Source: Bigelowiella natans CCMP2755
Lineage: Eukaryota; Protista; Cercozoa
Length of the DNA stretch: 64,000 bases
Direction of reading: 5' to 3'
NCBI GenBank assembly: GCA_000320545.1
Contig: ADNK01002970.1
Coordinates: forward strand, 34,466 to 98,465
In this document: positions 1 to 14,602 of the stretch, one piece after another
How positions within the stretch are numbered: position 1 is the first letter of the stretch
Layout: every line of letters starts with the position of its first letter
Translations under genes and position numbers: made by a program
Notes under the pieces: generated by a model
What the model was told of the DNA's origin: nothing
Database searches by the model: none
Seen by the model: only the letters and a program-made list of their open reading frames with translations

Positions 1-71
1 AATTTAAGTTGATATATGAATTTATGAGGATTACAAATACTAAGACACAGGCGTGTGTCAATGTGCGCACG

Positions 72-106
<35 letters not shown>

Positions 107-2629
107 ATTATCCTTCGTTCATGCTCACGTTTCATCGTCAGTGGGGTAATTTGAAGTCCTGGTACCTAAAAACCATTCCTCAGAGGAAGCGCATAAACGG
201 GTAATAAGCTCCAACCATGACCACCATCATCATTGTTGTCGCCGCTATTATCCTTTACACCGACGCATGCAGACCGTCACAATAACGAAAATACAACATG
301 GTGCCGGAGATGTATTTGGGAATACAGCAGTCTCTTGTTTCTACCACATCTGCTCATCCTTCTTTCCGTAAATCATGCAACTAAACACCCCATCTTTGCA
401 GAATAAAGGACATGCTACAGAGTCTAGAGATGAAGGTAAATTTTCTCTTTTGAGGATTACAGAGGGGGAAAAGAGGGGGGGGGGGGGGGGTCATCTACGC
501 ACGCGTGTGTATGTGACTTATGTGCCTTTGTAAGTCTTATTCATAACGTGTTTGACAGCTAGAGGGACGTCACCACAACGGCATTGATGACTGCAAAAAC
601 ATGGCTAAAATATGTGTAATATACCAGTGCCTCTGTCCTTAACATGTCACCGTATTTATGAATTTTGGAGGGGATAGAGCAATGTGGTTTCCAGCTCCCC
701 AACATCAATTATTATCGTCACCGCCACCACCATTCGTCGTCATTAAGCTAACACCCCTCCTTCTCCCTTTTTAAACTTATACTACCAGGGGCACTTGCTA
801 GGGCGATCCCTTAAGCCATTCGTCACCGGCAGCACGGATAATTCCCACATGAGTGAGTGATGGGATAGATATGGAATCAAATTCTTCCAACAAAATGAGC
901 TCTGATCTTTTTGTGTATTCATGTGAGATGATGCCATCGATAACGCTCATCCTATCCGTGCTAGCTAGATCTGGCCTTTGATCCGTTTATCGCTTCGCCC
1001 CAAAAATATCAGGGCACATTATTCATGGGCGCGGTGGACGCGGTGGGCGCGGTGGTGCTGGTGGAAGGGGTAACTAATTCCAATATTACATGTGCGCACT
1101 GGGTATCCAACTAGAAATGCAACACTACTCTCATTTTACTAGCTGTTCCACGTGCAGGTCGCCATTTCGTTGGGAAAGGAGAAGGACGAGGTAGGAGAGG
1201 GCGAGGTAGGAGAGGGCGTGGAAGGGGGAGGCGTCTACCGGGAAGAGGAAGAGTAGCCTACTGAATAGGCCATGAAATGAAAGAAGTAATTGGTGGAGTA
1301 GAACAATAGAAACTTATTTTGCATGAAATAACAAAAGTGATGTAAGCGCTGCAATGTCGCTAGGAAACGCTAGAGCACATCGTATGCTGCATGCAGCACG
1401 AGCATAGCTGAGCATTCTAGGCATGGCTTTAGTGGAGTGTAAGCGCGCAATCTGCTCAGATGCGCTGCTTAGCTCAAATGAAACGCCACTGTACAAAATC
1501 ATTGCATGCATAAATACTGCCAGTGTATGCAGTAGTAATGGGAATTTTGGCGTAACTAGACAATCATGCGTGCATGCAGTGCTAAGTACAACTACGTGCT
1601 AGAGCATGCGCATTGCTATAGTAGTACTAGCACATGCACTTGCTAGTTAGCCGCCTTCCAAAGGAAATAAATTTAGGCTATGTCCACACACATTACACAC
1701 ACAAAGCGATAAATCAACTTAAGACAGTGTAGTACTAGCTCTCGACGACTTTTTGTATTTTTGTCACGGCATCATTAGATGTAGCATTGCTAGCATTGTA
1801 GACCATGCACATCCTCCTGATCAAAAGGATGGGCTCATAGCTGTTAGCGCTACTCGAATGACATGCTAGCATGTGCACGTCTAGACGTGCATGCATGCAG
1901 CATGCATGCATATAGGCTAGCGTGTAAAGTTTAAAAAGATGCTTGTCTAAATAATGGTTTTGTTTTAGAATTTGCTAGCATGTACACAAACGAAGTTCTT
2001 AATTTCTCGAACGACGCTGCGCAGCCGCGCGCACCGTCTACACGTGTTAGGCTAACAACGGTTATGTGCATCACCATGTCTAGATGTGCTAGTGTGCCAG
2101 ACCGTGCCTAGCCGCCCCGTAGCACAAGAGCATGTATATGGACTATAAAGTCCCTATGTACGTGTATGCTGTCTGCGATTACTTCATATGTGCCTTTTGC
2201 CTTACATGTACTACATGTCAGCGCACACATGTACATATGCATCCATGTCGTGTACAAGAGCACGTGTGCTTTTTTAATGCACTACGTGAAATAATAAGTG
2301 CATGAGTACATGTGTTTACATGCGCTTACACGTATAATAATGGACTATAAGTCCCTATACAATATACATGCACACATTTGTTGTGTAGTATTGTTAGCTA
2401 GCAGCTAGTAGTCTAGTATTGTTCACAGTCAGATAGTACACACCCTGACATGCTCCAATGCTGACCAGCAAAATGTTCGTGCTTCCGATTGCGCTGAAAA
2501 CAAGTGTGGGCGCACGCACAGCATTGTTAGATTGCGCACAATTATGTTAAGTTAACAGCATAATTTTTAACAATAACAAAACGTTGACTAGGGATTCAAT
2601 GGTACAAGATTATTCACATAAGTGTGGGC

Positions 2630-4142
2630 CTATTTATCCTCAGAAGCTACAACTTCTCTCAAAAACGACATAAGTGAGTCCTGGTATCTCTGGACTCCGC
2701 GTTCCATCAAAAGCTTTATTTGTCCTGTTGCGTTATTGAGAAGTGAACTACTCTCTGCAGGGGTCAGTGTGTGGCTTTCAGATGTCTGGACATATTTCAC
2801 AATGCTCCATTTGAACATCGAAAGAGCCCGCGCGCCCTTTTCGCCCTCTTCGTGAAATGGAGTGAGTACTTTAGAGTTTGCTTCCCTCCTGTTAACCCAG
2901 AATGGTGGCTGGTTGTTGCCTCTATTGAAGCACCGTTGGCCCACAGCAGTGTACCAATCGCCCATTCCCGGAGTATCTAGTCGTTTCAGCCACTTTGAAT
3001 TGGGGATGTGGGGTACAACAAGATAAACAACTCTGTACTTCTCTTTGAGTATGAAATCGGCGACTGCATTCATCTGAGAAACGCCTGGGTATCCCAACCA
3101 TATGATATCCTTGCCTTTGACCTCGTCGGGGTAAAACGGTGTCAAGTTACCGGCTGCCTTGTGATCGAGAAACAGAAAATCGTGATTCATACAGTCTTTC
3201 AACCCTTGTGAGCCCCAATAATCTTCAGCTTCACGTATAAAATCCTCGCAAACATCAAACTGATCTAGCATTCTTTCTTGCTGTTGGAGGTATGTTGTCA
3301 ATTTAGTCACTATTTCGCTTTTGAGGTGGGATTTCCAATTCGTCCACCAATTCGAACAGTAGCTTAGCACAATACCTCCAACCCCTCCCTTTCCAAAGTT
3401 CTTATCTAACAACTTTCGAACGCGAGTTCTCATCTTTGATGCCCTACGATGATAGCTTTTCAAAGGCCAACTCTTGAATGTACGGCGCACTTCCTTCTCT
3501 AATTTAAAACAACAATCTCTCTTCTCCGTCCTATCTTTAGGTATAATATTTGGGTTAGAGGTTTTAAGCATGAAATAGATCAAGCCAAGTCCATGCCCGA
3601 TCATGGACTCCTTCCATTTGCACTCATAAGGTTCTTCCTCTGCTTGAAAAGATCTAAGATACTTGAGCCATTTCATCACTGTCGTGTATAGATTCACTTT
3701 ACTTTTGGCAGCCCGCATTCGAAAATATTTTTCTGCTTGCTCTTGATGCCGCTTGTGAACACTAACAGTAACCCACCATACTAGAAACTTAAACTTTTCG
3801 GATGTGCCTCTTGCGGAGAGGAGTGGCTCTTGAATTGGAAGTTTTTTATTCCTTGCATGCATACTTAATAATTGTTCGCCAATCTGAAAATTCATCACAC
3901 ATAACAAACAGCAGCAGATTTAGGTTAAGAGCTTCAATTTCGCTCTTGATATTATAACCACCCTTCCCTTTTCTGGAGCGATTGGTTTGTTTTTTAACAT
4001 TAGTACCTCATCGTCCAATTGGTGTTTGCAATCCAGAAACAGGTATTTCAAAACGTCTGAATTTTCAACACATCATAATGAGCACATACATACACATAGA
4101 CACATAAACACACAACACACAGCCTAAACATATAAAATAATA

Positions 4143-4182
<40 letters not shown>

Positions 4183-4198
4183 ATATATATGTGTGCGG

Positions 4199-4236
<38 letters not shown>

Positions 4237-4994
4237 TGTCATAAACAGGGACCGTTGTCAATAGTTTCTGTCCTGATCATGTTCCAAAGCAACGAGTCTA
4301 TGTTGCGTGCAGCAATGGGTTTCGCATTATTTCTTAGCAAGAAATTAACCATCGGCATATTGCCTCTTGCACAAGCGATGTAGAGGGGTGATGAAATCTG
4401 ACTGGCGTGTATATCCGCTGAAGGCCCGTTTGGATCTGCTTTTGCTTCTAATAAATATTGGGCAATCTGAAGGTCCTTCCTTTTGTTTTTTTGGGCAGAG
4501 CGATGACATAGAATACCGAGAGAAGAAAGGGGGGAAGCTTTTGCTTCAATGAGAAACCTCACGGTTCTGTATTTACGATTTTCAATAGCATACATCAATG
4601 CGGTCTTTCCGTTGTATGCCTCTTCTATGTTTGCCCCGAACTTCAGCATGATTTTTGCTGCATTTATCCGGCCATTGTAGCAAGCAACCAGGAAGTTTGG
4701 TTCCCCATTGGGGCTGTGAAGGGCATCGCCTTTAAGCTCTATGATTCGCTTGATAAGTTCTCGCATCGTTTTACAAGGATTTTCCGAACTCGGGAACTCG
4801 GAGCGAAGCCCATGCATGCATACATTGTACAACTGAGACGATGGCTCGTAACTACAACTATTTTCGCGGTCCAATTCAGCAATTTCTTCACTCCAATGTT
4901 GGGTTTGTCTCGTCCGCTTTCTTTTCCGTTCTCCTGATTGCGTTCTCCGATTCGAATCCTGCCCAAAGTTTCTCAGTCGTCTTCGTTTCTGCAT
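2630..4994 (-). CDS. Three-exon gene: ankyrin repeats + C-terminal Dam-like (N6-adenine methyltransferase-fold) domain
   Basis: ORFs 4239..5048 (ankyrin motifs GKTALMYA, SPLYIACARGNMPMVNFLL) and 2630..3907 join in frame through GT-AG introns 4246-4057 and 4006-3884 and a 50-nt middle exon 4056-4007 (YVLKYLFLDCKHQLDDE). First ATG at 4994. Segment ~3271-2789 (IIWLGYPG...VYLVVPHIPNSKWLKRL...FWV...WSIVKY) aligns by eye with the C-terminus of the gypsy polyprotein. Confidence 0.8.
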
Positions 4995-5675
4995 CTTGTA
5001 GCTGTCGCGCCCCTTCTTCCTACTTCTGACACGGGGAGGGTGCACCAATCAAGCAACTTGTGCAATGATTTAACTCCTTGTTGCGGGAGGCTGTCTCTCT
5101 TTTCCGACCGTCATTAACGGACGAATAACGGGCATTACCGGTTATTCTCCCGACCTTTTCGCATACCAACGGTTACTGACCGCCGATGTCCTTCTTACGT
5201 GGCTCGGTAATGGATTCAAGTACAAGGACGCGTGCCCATTCTAAAGTCATTCAATGCGCATAAAATGCCCTGCATTTCGTTAAAAAACGTGAAAAAAAGT
5301 GTATGGAAGGTCTGAGAAGTACCTTCACAGCGGTAGGAAGGAGGAGTCGTACATAAAGCTGGTAAGCTGGTGCGAGTAAGCCACTGCTTGCTGGTAGTGG
5401 CGCCCCTCATCTCAAGGGATAGATTGCCCACTAGCAGGAGGCGGAGAATTCGATTTAAAGTAACAAGGTTCTCTCCATTTAATCTGTTGTGCCGCGGAGC
5501 GATCTGTCTAGGTTTGAAAATAGCGTCGCTCTTTTTCTCGTGAGTTCGGAGGACGATGCTTTTCTCCCGATGCAAAATGACGCATCTTTCCAATTCCCCA
5601 CGTTTTACGTTTCTTCTTAGCATTGCACGAAACATATTAAATACTTGTTAGATTGGAGATTGACGGCGAAGTAAC

Positions 5676-6871
5676 ATGAGTTGGCTGGGGTCCATGTTCG
5701 GACGAGGTACTTCTTCTGCGTTCTTCTGACTTGATGTTAGTCTTATGTCTCACAAATACCCAATTTCCTACTCTGGACTTACCATAAGGTGGGGAAAGCA
5801 TTCCCCAATGGAATGGAGATAGATCCCTCGATGGGCACAAGGTAGCAATCTTCCAGCATGACTAATAATACAAGGATATTGACTAGTCGGCAGTACTGTC
5901 TCGATTTGTGTTAGGGGGGTTATCATCATACCTGTAATAACAATAAGTAGATATTGTTGGAATATGTTAGTAATGTAGACTAATTGGCATCATCATCATC
6001 ATCATCATCATCATCATTTTGTGTGTTGCTTTAATCCAGAGACACACGAAAGCACTGCTGACAAATGTAAAGATAATCCGTGAGCGTTTTGCAAACTATG
6101 CGTATCAGGTTGTGGCCACCTAAATACATTCTTCTCCCACAAGAAATAATAGAAATTTACGATCGATCAGTGTTTTAAGTAAATTCACGTATATCCCTCG
6201 ATGATTGTAACTCCTAAGGTCGTCATGATGACGGAAGCTGCAGAGCAACTTTCTGACTGTTTGTCGCAGTTTTACAGGTAATTGCTCTTATTATTTTTCC
6301 AATCGGAAAAGCTTGCTCATTGTTAATATAGACTGTGTTAAATTTAGCATCAAATATCACATAACACACACATCTAGTTATACATAGAAATTGTATAGAA
6401 TATAGAAATTATTCTTAAATTTGTTCTGTATTTGTATTATGGTACGACTTAATCAGCGGTTCAAGGGATAGGGCAGCAAAGCGAAGAGTAGAGGTTAACG
6501 TTACTTCATAGTATTTAATCTGTAACCGGTTTTTGTTTAGCCTGTTATCGCTACTACATCTTCTTCCTCTGCTACTATTTGACCACTATCCCAACATATC
6601 CATGCATATATCTTCCATGCGTATTCATACATATAATAACAGGCCTTTGAAGATGCCAACCGAGGCATGCTTGATCACGCCTCGGCCCATTTTGACGCCA
6701 AGTCATTTGAAGATAAGATACTAAACGAATTCGACGACTTCATTGCGGATATTGAAAGGGTAGTAGCAGTAGTAATAGTAGTAGTAATAGTAGTAGTAGC
6801 AGCAGTGGGGGAATTTTGATGTTATAGTAGGAGCTTATGTCGGTGAGGACTGCATCATACATTGTGTTACC

Positions 6872-6907
<36 letters not shown>

Positions 6908-7478
6908 AAATCAAATGGAAGGGTACAGTTAAGATATAAAAATATCATTCATCTATCTTACGAGCGACGTCTATGCTGCCTTCCCTCTTGACTTTAGTCG
7001 TATTTCCTCATACTTATATTACCTTTTGTCTAAAATCATCTTACATCTTTCTCCTCTCCCCCCCTCTCCTCGTCCCTCTATCCTGCCACCTCAAGGTTGA
7101 AAGGGAGATCCAGCATACTGAAATGGTTGGTGTTGTATATGTATATATATTTTATACCTGTATGAGTAAGCTTTTGTACTTTTCATTCTAGAGATCCCAT
7201 GCCATGGCTTTTCTTCCTTGTTGTGAATAGTTAATAGTAATGATACCGTCTGACAACGACAACGATGAAAATGAAAATGGCACAGATAATCCTGATAATA
7301 CTCACTTTAAACAATGATAACTTGTAGGCGCATCTCGCCGTGAATGAAGTCAAATCTAGGGTATTATCACTTCTGCACAACCGAGAACTCACGTCCATTC
7401 TCTTTAACTACTATGTGTTTTATTCGATAGTATTAATAGCAGTGTTGGCATCATTATTATCTCACCATCAACGCACAT

Positions 7479-7514
<36 letters not shown>

Positions 7515-8119
7515 TTATGATGGTCCATGGCCGAAGGTTGATCAGCTTCTTGAGCGAAAACTAGAAGAAGAGGAGGGTACTAGTACATGTCCATCTTTCG
7601 CGTGTTGTGCAGTTGTGATGATGATGATGATGATGATGATGCAGCAAACAGGGTTCCTCTTATTCTTATTCTTCTTATTATTCACCTTGTTGATGTCGTC
7701 TTTGTTGTCATGGGTATGGATTTTATCTGCTCTAAAAACTCCTGATTACTTATCCATTTCTTCATCACCATCATTGACTATCATTGATTAGCATTTAACG
7801 AGGGTAAAGATCTAGAAGCTTCAGTGAAGAACATGGCCAAACGGTAGTAGTGAGTAAGTAGTATTTGTTGTTAGCAGTGGTTACTTACCATTTAGAAGAG
7901 TAGAAAGATGTTAGTTATTGTGAAGCTGCTTCTTATGGTCCAATTCCAACGAATAATATACCCTCCTCGTCCCCCCCCCCCCCCCCCCTTCCTCCTCCTC
8001 CTCAAACGGTGCAAAGGTCTTCGTTCTACGATCAAATAAAGAGAGGGGTAGATACAACAGTCAAGTATCAACTAGCTAACCGGTACTACTCTCAAAATTA
8101 GTGGAACAAAATTGTAAGA

Positions 8120-8150
<31 letters not shown>

Positions 8151-9232
8151 GAGAGAGAGTAATTAAGATAGTGTTGGTGATGACGCGACGAAGAGGAAGA
8201 AGAAGAAGATGATGATGATGATGACGGCACCCATCCATCAGAGAACAGTCAATTAACAAAACAAGAGTGTTAATTATTGCTTTTCCTTAGATTTTCTTGT
8301 TGTTCTTCTTCTTCGATATCGTTGATAGCTTTAGACGTATGGACGACTCTCTAGTGAAGCTAATGGAGTTACAGTTCATCTTCTTCTCGGTGCTACTGCT
8401 GTGTGCTCATCAGCATTTCTTATTATCATCATCGTTTTAGATAGATTGTATCTCCCTCAATATTCTAGACACCACATGATACACCCGAAAGTTTCACTTT
8501 CAATGCTCGTAACCTCATCATTGAATACTATTACACCACACATTTCACATTTCACATGTAACAATAATATATATATTAATATGATGGTTTACTATCTAAT
8601 CAGTCGGGAGCTGGGACTTTCAGCGAGTTTCGCAATGAGATACCGATGTATTGTCTTCCAATGCATACATGCTACTACGACTACCCCTACTCGTCATCAT
8701 CAGCGTCATTAGTGATGAATATTGACCAACATCTTGATGATGAAAAGATCACAATGATATAATATGTGTACTAGGTATCACAAGCAGCAAGAACAACGAT
8801 TAGCAGATATAAAGTCAAGAGGAGGAGGAGGAGGAGGCGCATATGGGTGGTTCTTATTATTATCATCAGTAGTACTAGAAGAAGGAGAAGAAGAAGAAGA
8901 AGAAAAAGTAGAGCAACAACAGCGACAACTACTAATAAAACAATAGCACGTCTCTCTTCTAATGCCTTATGCTACACTCACAGAACAACTACTTCTAACA
9001 GCAATAATGATAAGAATAGTAATAACAATACAACTACCACTTCTATTAGCAGCACATCTAGACATTCAATATATACTACCACCATCATCATCATCGATAT
9101 TGCTTGCATTGTATCACAGGTATGAGGATGCAAACATCGATTTCACCGAGCTTATCAAGCAAACTCCGGTAGAAAGAAGAAGACGAAGAAGAAGAACATA
9201 GCAACCAGCAGAAGCGTATTATATATATATTG

Positions 9233-9276
<44 letters not shown>

Positions 9277-9373
9277 ATGAAGAGGGAAAGATTACCACAA
9301 CACTGATATACTAGAATAATGGCAAACGTTGTCCGTGGTTACTTTATTTCTTCCTCTGACTTGTTTCTCGATG

Positions 9374-9405
<32 letters not shown>

Positions 9406-9904
9406 GGTGGTGTTCTTCTAGGTTACTATCATGCCATTTACAAGAGTACAAAACGATCAATTTGGCTTATACTCTCTAGATGAATCATACTTCACTCCCA
9501 CAAAGTACCAGTCGTTGTAATAGTTGCAGTAGTTGTAGTAGTAGTAAGTAGTAGTGTCGTAATCATTATTTTTAACGACAACTACTCTTTTTAATAAGCA
9601 ATCGGTGACGTTGCTGTTATTGTTATTGCTGTGTGATGAAATATAAGATTATTCGTTTGTGGTTATTCATTGAGATAATGTAGCATAATGTAGCATACAT
9701 TAATGTAACATTGCATCCTAATCGTTTGTCTTCCTTCATAGGCCATCATCATCATCACAAGGAGGAGGAGGAAGAGGCAGTGGTGAATATTACACACCTT
9801 CAAGTACAGGAGGGGGGGGGAGCATTTCTTCATCACGTTCACAAACACCAATAAAGAATGCTGCCGCTATGCGCCAGGTAGCAGTACTACCAATATTGTT
9901 CAAA

Positions 9905-9944
<40 letters not shown>

Positions 9945-10726
9945 TGTATTACCTTCCAACCTTCACTACTCTTCTTCTTCGGCGCGCTAATCGTATTCCC
10001 ACAAATGATGATCAACGCATCACTGAACTATGAACATGTTATTGAATCTTAGAGCAATGGCGGCTATCATCGTCCTCCTCCTCCTCCTCTTGCATCCGTA
10101 GCAGCAGGAGTAGCAAAAGTGTATAAGGTGCAAGTATGGACACGTCCTTTTGGCCTGACTGTCAATAGAAGAGGAGAAGTTACTCGTGTTGAAACACACG
10201 CAGAAATGGTTGGGATAGTGAAAGGAGATAAGGTGATAATGACAGCGATGATAACGATGATGGTGATGATGACTTATATTTAGCTCATTTGCTTAACAAC
10301 ACACGTCGCATGATAACAATCACAAAGGTTATTGCCCTCAACGATCATTTCATAAATCCGAAGAAGTTTGGGGATATTGCGAGAGGGTCCAAGGTTCTCA
10401 CACGCTATGTACTAAAAGAGATGTCAATGACTCATTTTACCATTCATTAATACGAGCGATCCAGCACTAAGAGCGATTATTGCATATTATTGATTGTTGC
10501 GGAAGGGTAGCAAACTGCAATTCTGTTTATATTTACTTACTATAACAATACATAGAGCTTGTCGTTAAGTGCTATAATTGATTTCTGTTGTTGTTGTTAT
10601 TGTTCTTTATCGATATAATACTTGCAGCTTCCTTACGAACTTACGTTGAGAAGAGAGACTGAATTTGGTAGCACTTACAGTTGTTGTTGCTGTTGTTATA
10701 GCTGTGGTATTTAGTAGTAGTAGTAT

Positions 10727-10761
<35 letters not shown>

Positions 10762-12668
10762 ATGGTAGTGGTGGTATGCATATAATATTCAGTAGTTTCT
10801 GTCATTATTTATATGTTGTTGGTTTAATAGTCCTCGTTTGCTACCTTGTCTTCTCTCATTACACAATGTTGTAGAGGACGCTAAAACGCCTCCCCATGGG
10901 ACCAGCAGCAGCCGGAGATCATCAGTGCAGGTATTTATCCATATCTGCACATGATATTATATCTACTGTATATAATAATATAATTATCTATTTGATCGAT
11001 CAGTCTTTCACCCTTCCCTTCCTCTCTCACACTTGCACCCATTTTCATATGGGGCCTTCGTTTGTGAATACGTCAATTTTGTTTTGGATTATTTTTATCA
11101 CTATCATCATCATACTTTACTCGCGCTGCTGCGGTTTGGTTTTTATGATATTTTATTAACTGTATTGGCTATGCTCGATCTCCAATTTTTGCTTATTATC
11201 GTCACCCTCTTTGTGCTTTCTACAATCCCTTACACCACACATACACGCATACACATTATTATTGTTAATAATAATAATATTAATAATATATCACTGACAT
11301 GCCGCATACACAACGACAACAATAATACTACTAATAATAACTAACACAGCTACCATTATCCTCTATCATTTTCAATAATACTCGACAAAGACGTTCAAAC
11401 TCGCTTTCCTATAGTGTATTTGTAGTAGTAGTAGTAGTAGTAGTAGTTGTTGTTGTTGTAGTTGTAGTAAGATGATTCATTATCATAATCACGATGATGA
11501 TGATAGTAATGAAATACTGTTGCGCTGCAAATAATATTCTTTTTCCGTTTTCTATCGATGATATGGTAATCATTGCCATTATCATTGTGTTGGTGACTTC
11601 CTACCAATATTGATAGCAAGAACGATGATGCATTGATGAAATGGGTGCACAAAATGATGATGATGTTCTTCAGGCTGCAAGGGGGTCACCGCATCGTCCT
11701 AGAGACATTGTTAGCAGCAGCAGCAGCCAGGGAGCAAGAACGGTGCGTGCATGTATCTAAATTGATGACTATATACCCTTATTAGCTTATGTTGTGCTAC
11801 TAGAAGCCCCAACGACGAATAACGAATAACGAAGATGTATTATTGTTATTATTATTATTATTATCATTACCTGTTCTTATAGTTATTATTGTTATTTGTT
11901 GTTGCTGATGTTCTCTGTATGCAGAGCCGTGGTGTTAGGCGTGCACGCACTCCTGGAAGTGGTAGTATTAGTCGTTTAAGCAGCAGTAGAGACTCAAGTC
12001 GTGATAGCTTGAGAGAGGTACTAGCCCGCCCGCCCCCCGTTATTATTATTGATTCATGTTTCACACCTGTTTGCTCTCATACAATAGAATTATTAAGATT
12101 ATTTCATACAACACACAGTGGGTGCTCACTCGCTGTGCTTTGGATCATCATAATAACTACTAATATACCATTCTTCTCACATACTACTACAAACTCCGAC
12201 TACTGGTTTTTGCTAGTATCTTATTACTGCTCGTCTTCGCTCTCACCCCCACTTCCTCTTTTCTCACTGCCCTTATTCGCTCTCACCCCCACTTCCTCTT
12301 TTCTCACTGCCCTTAGCTAGTGAAGATACCTGAAGGCAACAACGATTATGCTACACAGCTTGAACAAGTACATAGACACTCAGTAGTACTAGATATGCTG
12401 ACACTACACAGCTTGAACAAGTACATAGACACTCAGTAGTACTAGATATGCTGACACTACACAGCTTGAACAAGTACATAGACACTCAGTAGTACTAGAT
12501 ATGCTGACACTACACAGCTTGAACAAGTACATAGACACTCAGTAGTACTAGATATGCTGACACTACACAGCTTGAACAAGTACATAGACACTCAGTAGTA
12601 CTAGATATGCTGACACTACTTCTAGTAATACCACTGCTAGTAGTAGTAGTAGTAGTAGTAGTAGTAGG

Positions 12669-12707
<39 letters not shown>

Positions 12708-12759
12708 CATAGTGGGTTTCGTCGTCATCGACTGATTAACAAGACAACAACAACGACAC

Positions 12760-12793
<34 letters not shown>

Positions 12794-14247
12794 TTATAGT
12801 AATAATAATAAATAACAATGATAAAGATCGAGGAGAGTGTGAGAGGAGAGAGCTTGCAAATCTTGATAGTGTTCTTATCAATAACATCTAAGTAACAGCG
12901 ATGATTTGCTTTACCATTCTACTACTACTACCGCAACCAATCACAGGCAAATTTGGATGCATGCCGCATACTGAGGGAAAAAGAGGATGAAATTGTTGAA
13001 TTGAAGAAAAAACTAGGTGATACGACGCATATTACTAGCCAGCAGTAAAGTGTATTGTAGAAGTTGTAGTAAAAATAGTTGTTAGAAGGTAATGTATTTA
13101 AGACCATCATCATTATCATCATCGTCGTCACCAATCTTCGCATTAGATGGTGAGTACACCGTTGTTCTCTCATCATCAATTATGATATTACTCTCTAGCC
13201 ACTACCTCGAGTAGTAATGCATCAACTCCCAGGACAGATCGTTCCGTTAAATCGTCAGGAAAACAGAATGAAAAGATGATTGCACAGCATGATGATCATC
13301 AAAGTAGCAAGCACAACGCAGCTCATCGTTCATCACCTCCAACTCCAAGCATGTCACCATCATCATCATCCTCACAAAGATCAGTACAATCTGGAAGAAG
13401 AGGAAATGTTCAAGGAGAGGAGGAGGAGAAGAAGGGGAAAGAGAGCCACCATTCTACTACTACAACTGATGGTGGTGGTGCTGCTGCTGCCGTTCAAAAG
13501 GTAGTAGTAGTAGTAGTAGTAGTAGTTGTTGTAGTAGTAGTCGTACCATAACGCATGCTTAGTGACGATTCACCAACTAAATACTACTACTACCACTACT
13601 ACTACTCTTCTGTCGTTATTGACGTATCCATTAGAATGGTACTGCTAGTGCTGGTGGTAGCGGTACCAACAGCTGTGTTGTTCCACCCCCCCCTCCTGGA
13701 TTAGTCCCCCCCCTTATGATCAATGGTGGTGATGATGCTGCTGGAAGTATTCCACCACCCCCTCCCGGAATGATGCCTCCCCCTCCTGGCCTTGAAGGAG
13801 GAGGAATACCACCTCCACCACCAGGGGGGCTGCTATCGTCCCCGGTAAGAAGAAGAATGACTGCAGAAGAGGTGCTAATAAATATGAGAAGAACAAGATC
13901 AACATCAACGTATTCTTACTCATCATTTTTATATTCAATGGTGTTATCCTTTCTCTGCTCTTCCTTATTTTTCTTCTTCTTCATCTTCTTTTTATTTATC
14001 TCTTTCTCCCGACCACTAATCATAGAGGCGTGTTCAATTGGCTGCAAAGATAGCGGAAGAGCTGGATCTTCAACCATTGCAGGTAGTTGTAGTAGTAGAG
14101 TAGATTGTAGTAGTTGTGGTTTTGAAAAAATGGCGTGTTCTCTACTATCTTGTCATTATAATACTTCCTATATCATTTTCCCTAAGATCTTGTCCGTGAT
14201 TTTAAATTGTTGTATGTGTTACTGGTATTGGTTGTTACTATTATATT

Positions 14248-14278
<31 letters not shown>

Positions 14279-14571
14279 CTGTTGTTCTTATTTTCATGAT
14301 GACTTCTTCTTGTGGGATTTAGTGTCAAACCGTATATTGTATCTCAGACAGCAAATGATGACAGTATTAAACACCTCAATGATCGATCTCTGATGTTGTT
14401 TCGTATCATCGTATGTTGTTAATACTTTCCCTTCTTCTTCTTCTTCTTCTTCTTCTTCTTCTTCTTTGTTATCTTTACACAATCATGATCGTCATCATCA
14501 TCAATAGCCCATAGCCCCAGAGTCAAAGATGAGAAGGTTTCACTGGGATACTACACCGTTAGATGTGAAGG

Positions 14572-14602
<31 letters not shown>

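Noticed and set aside
1-1200. Possible minus-strand exons (ATG ~1165, segment 790-960)
   Set aside because: I could not assemble a consistent spliced frame or recognise a domain; a partial gene is possible but unsupported.
12351-12615. Possible CRISPR-like array
   Set aside because: Units are fully identical with no unique spacers; it is a eukaryotic minisatellite.
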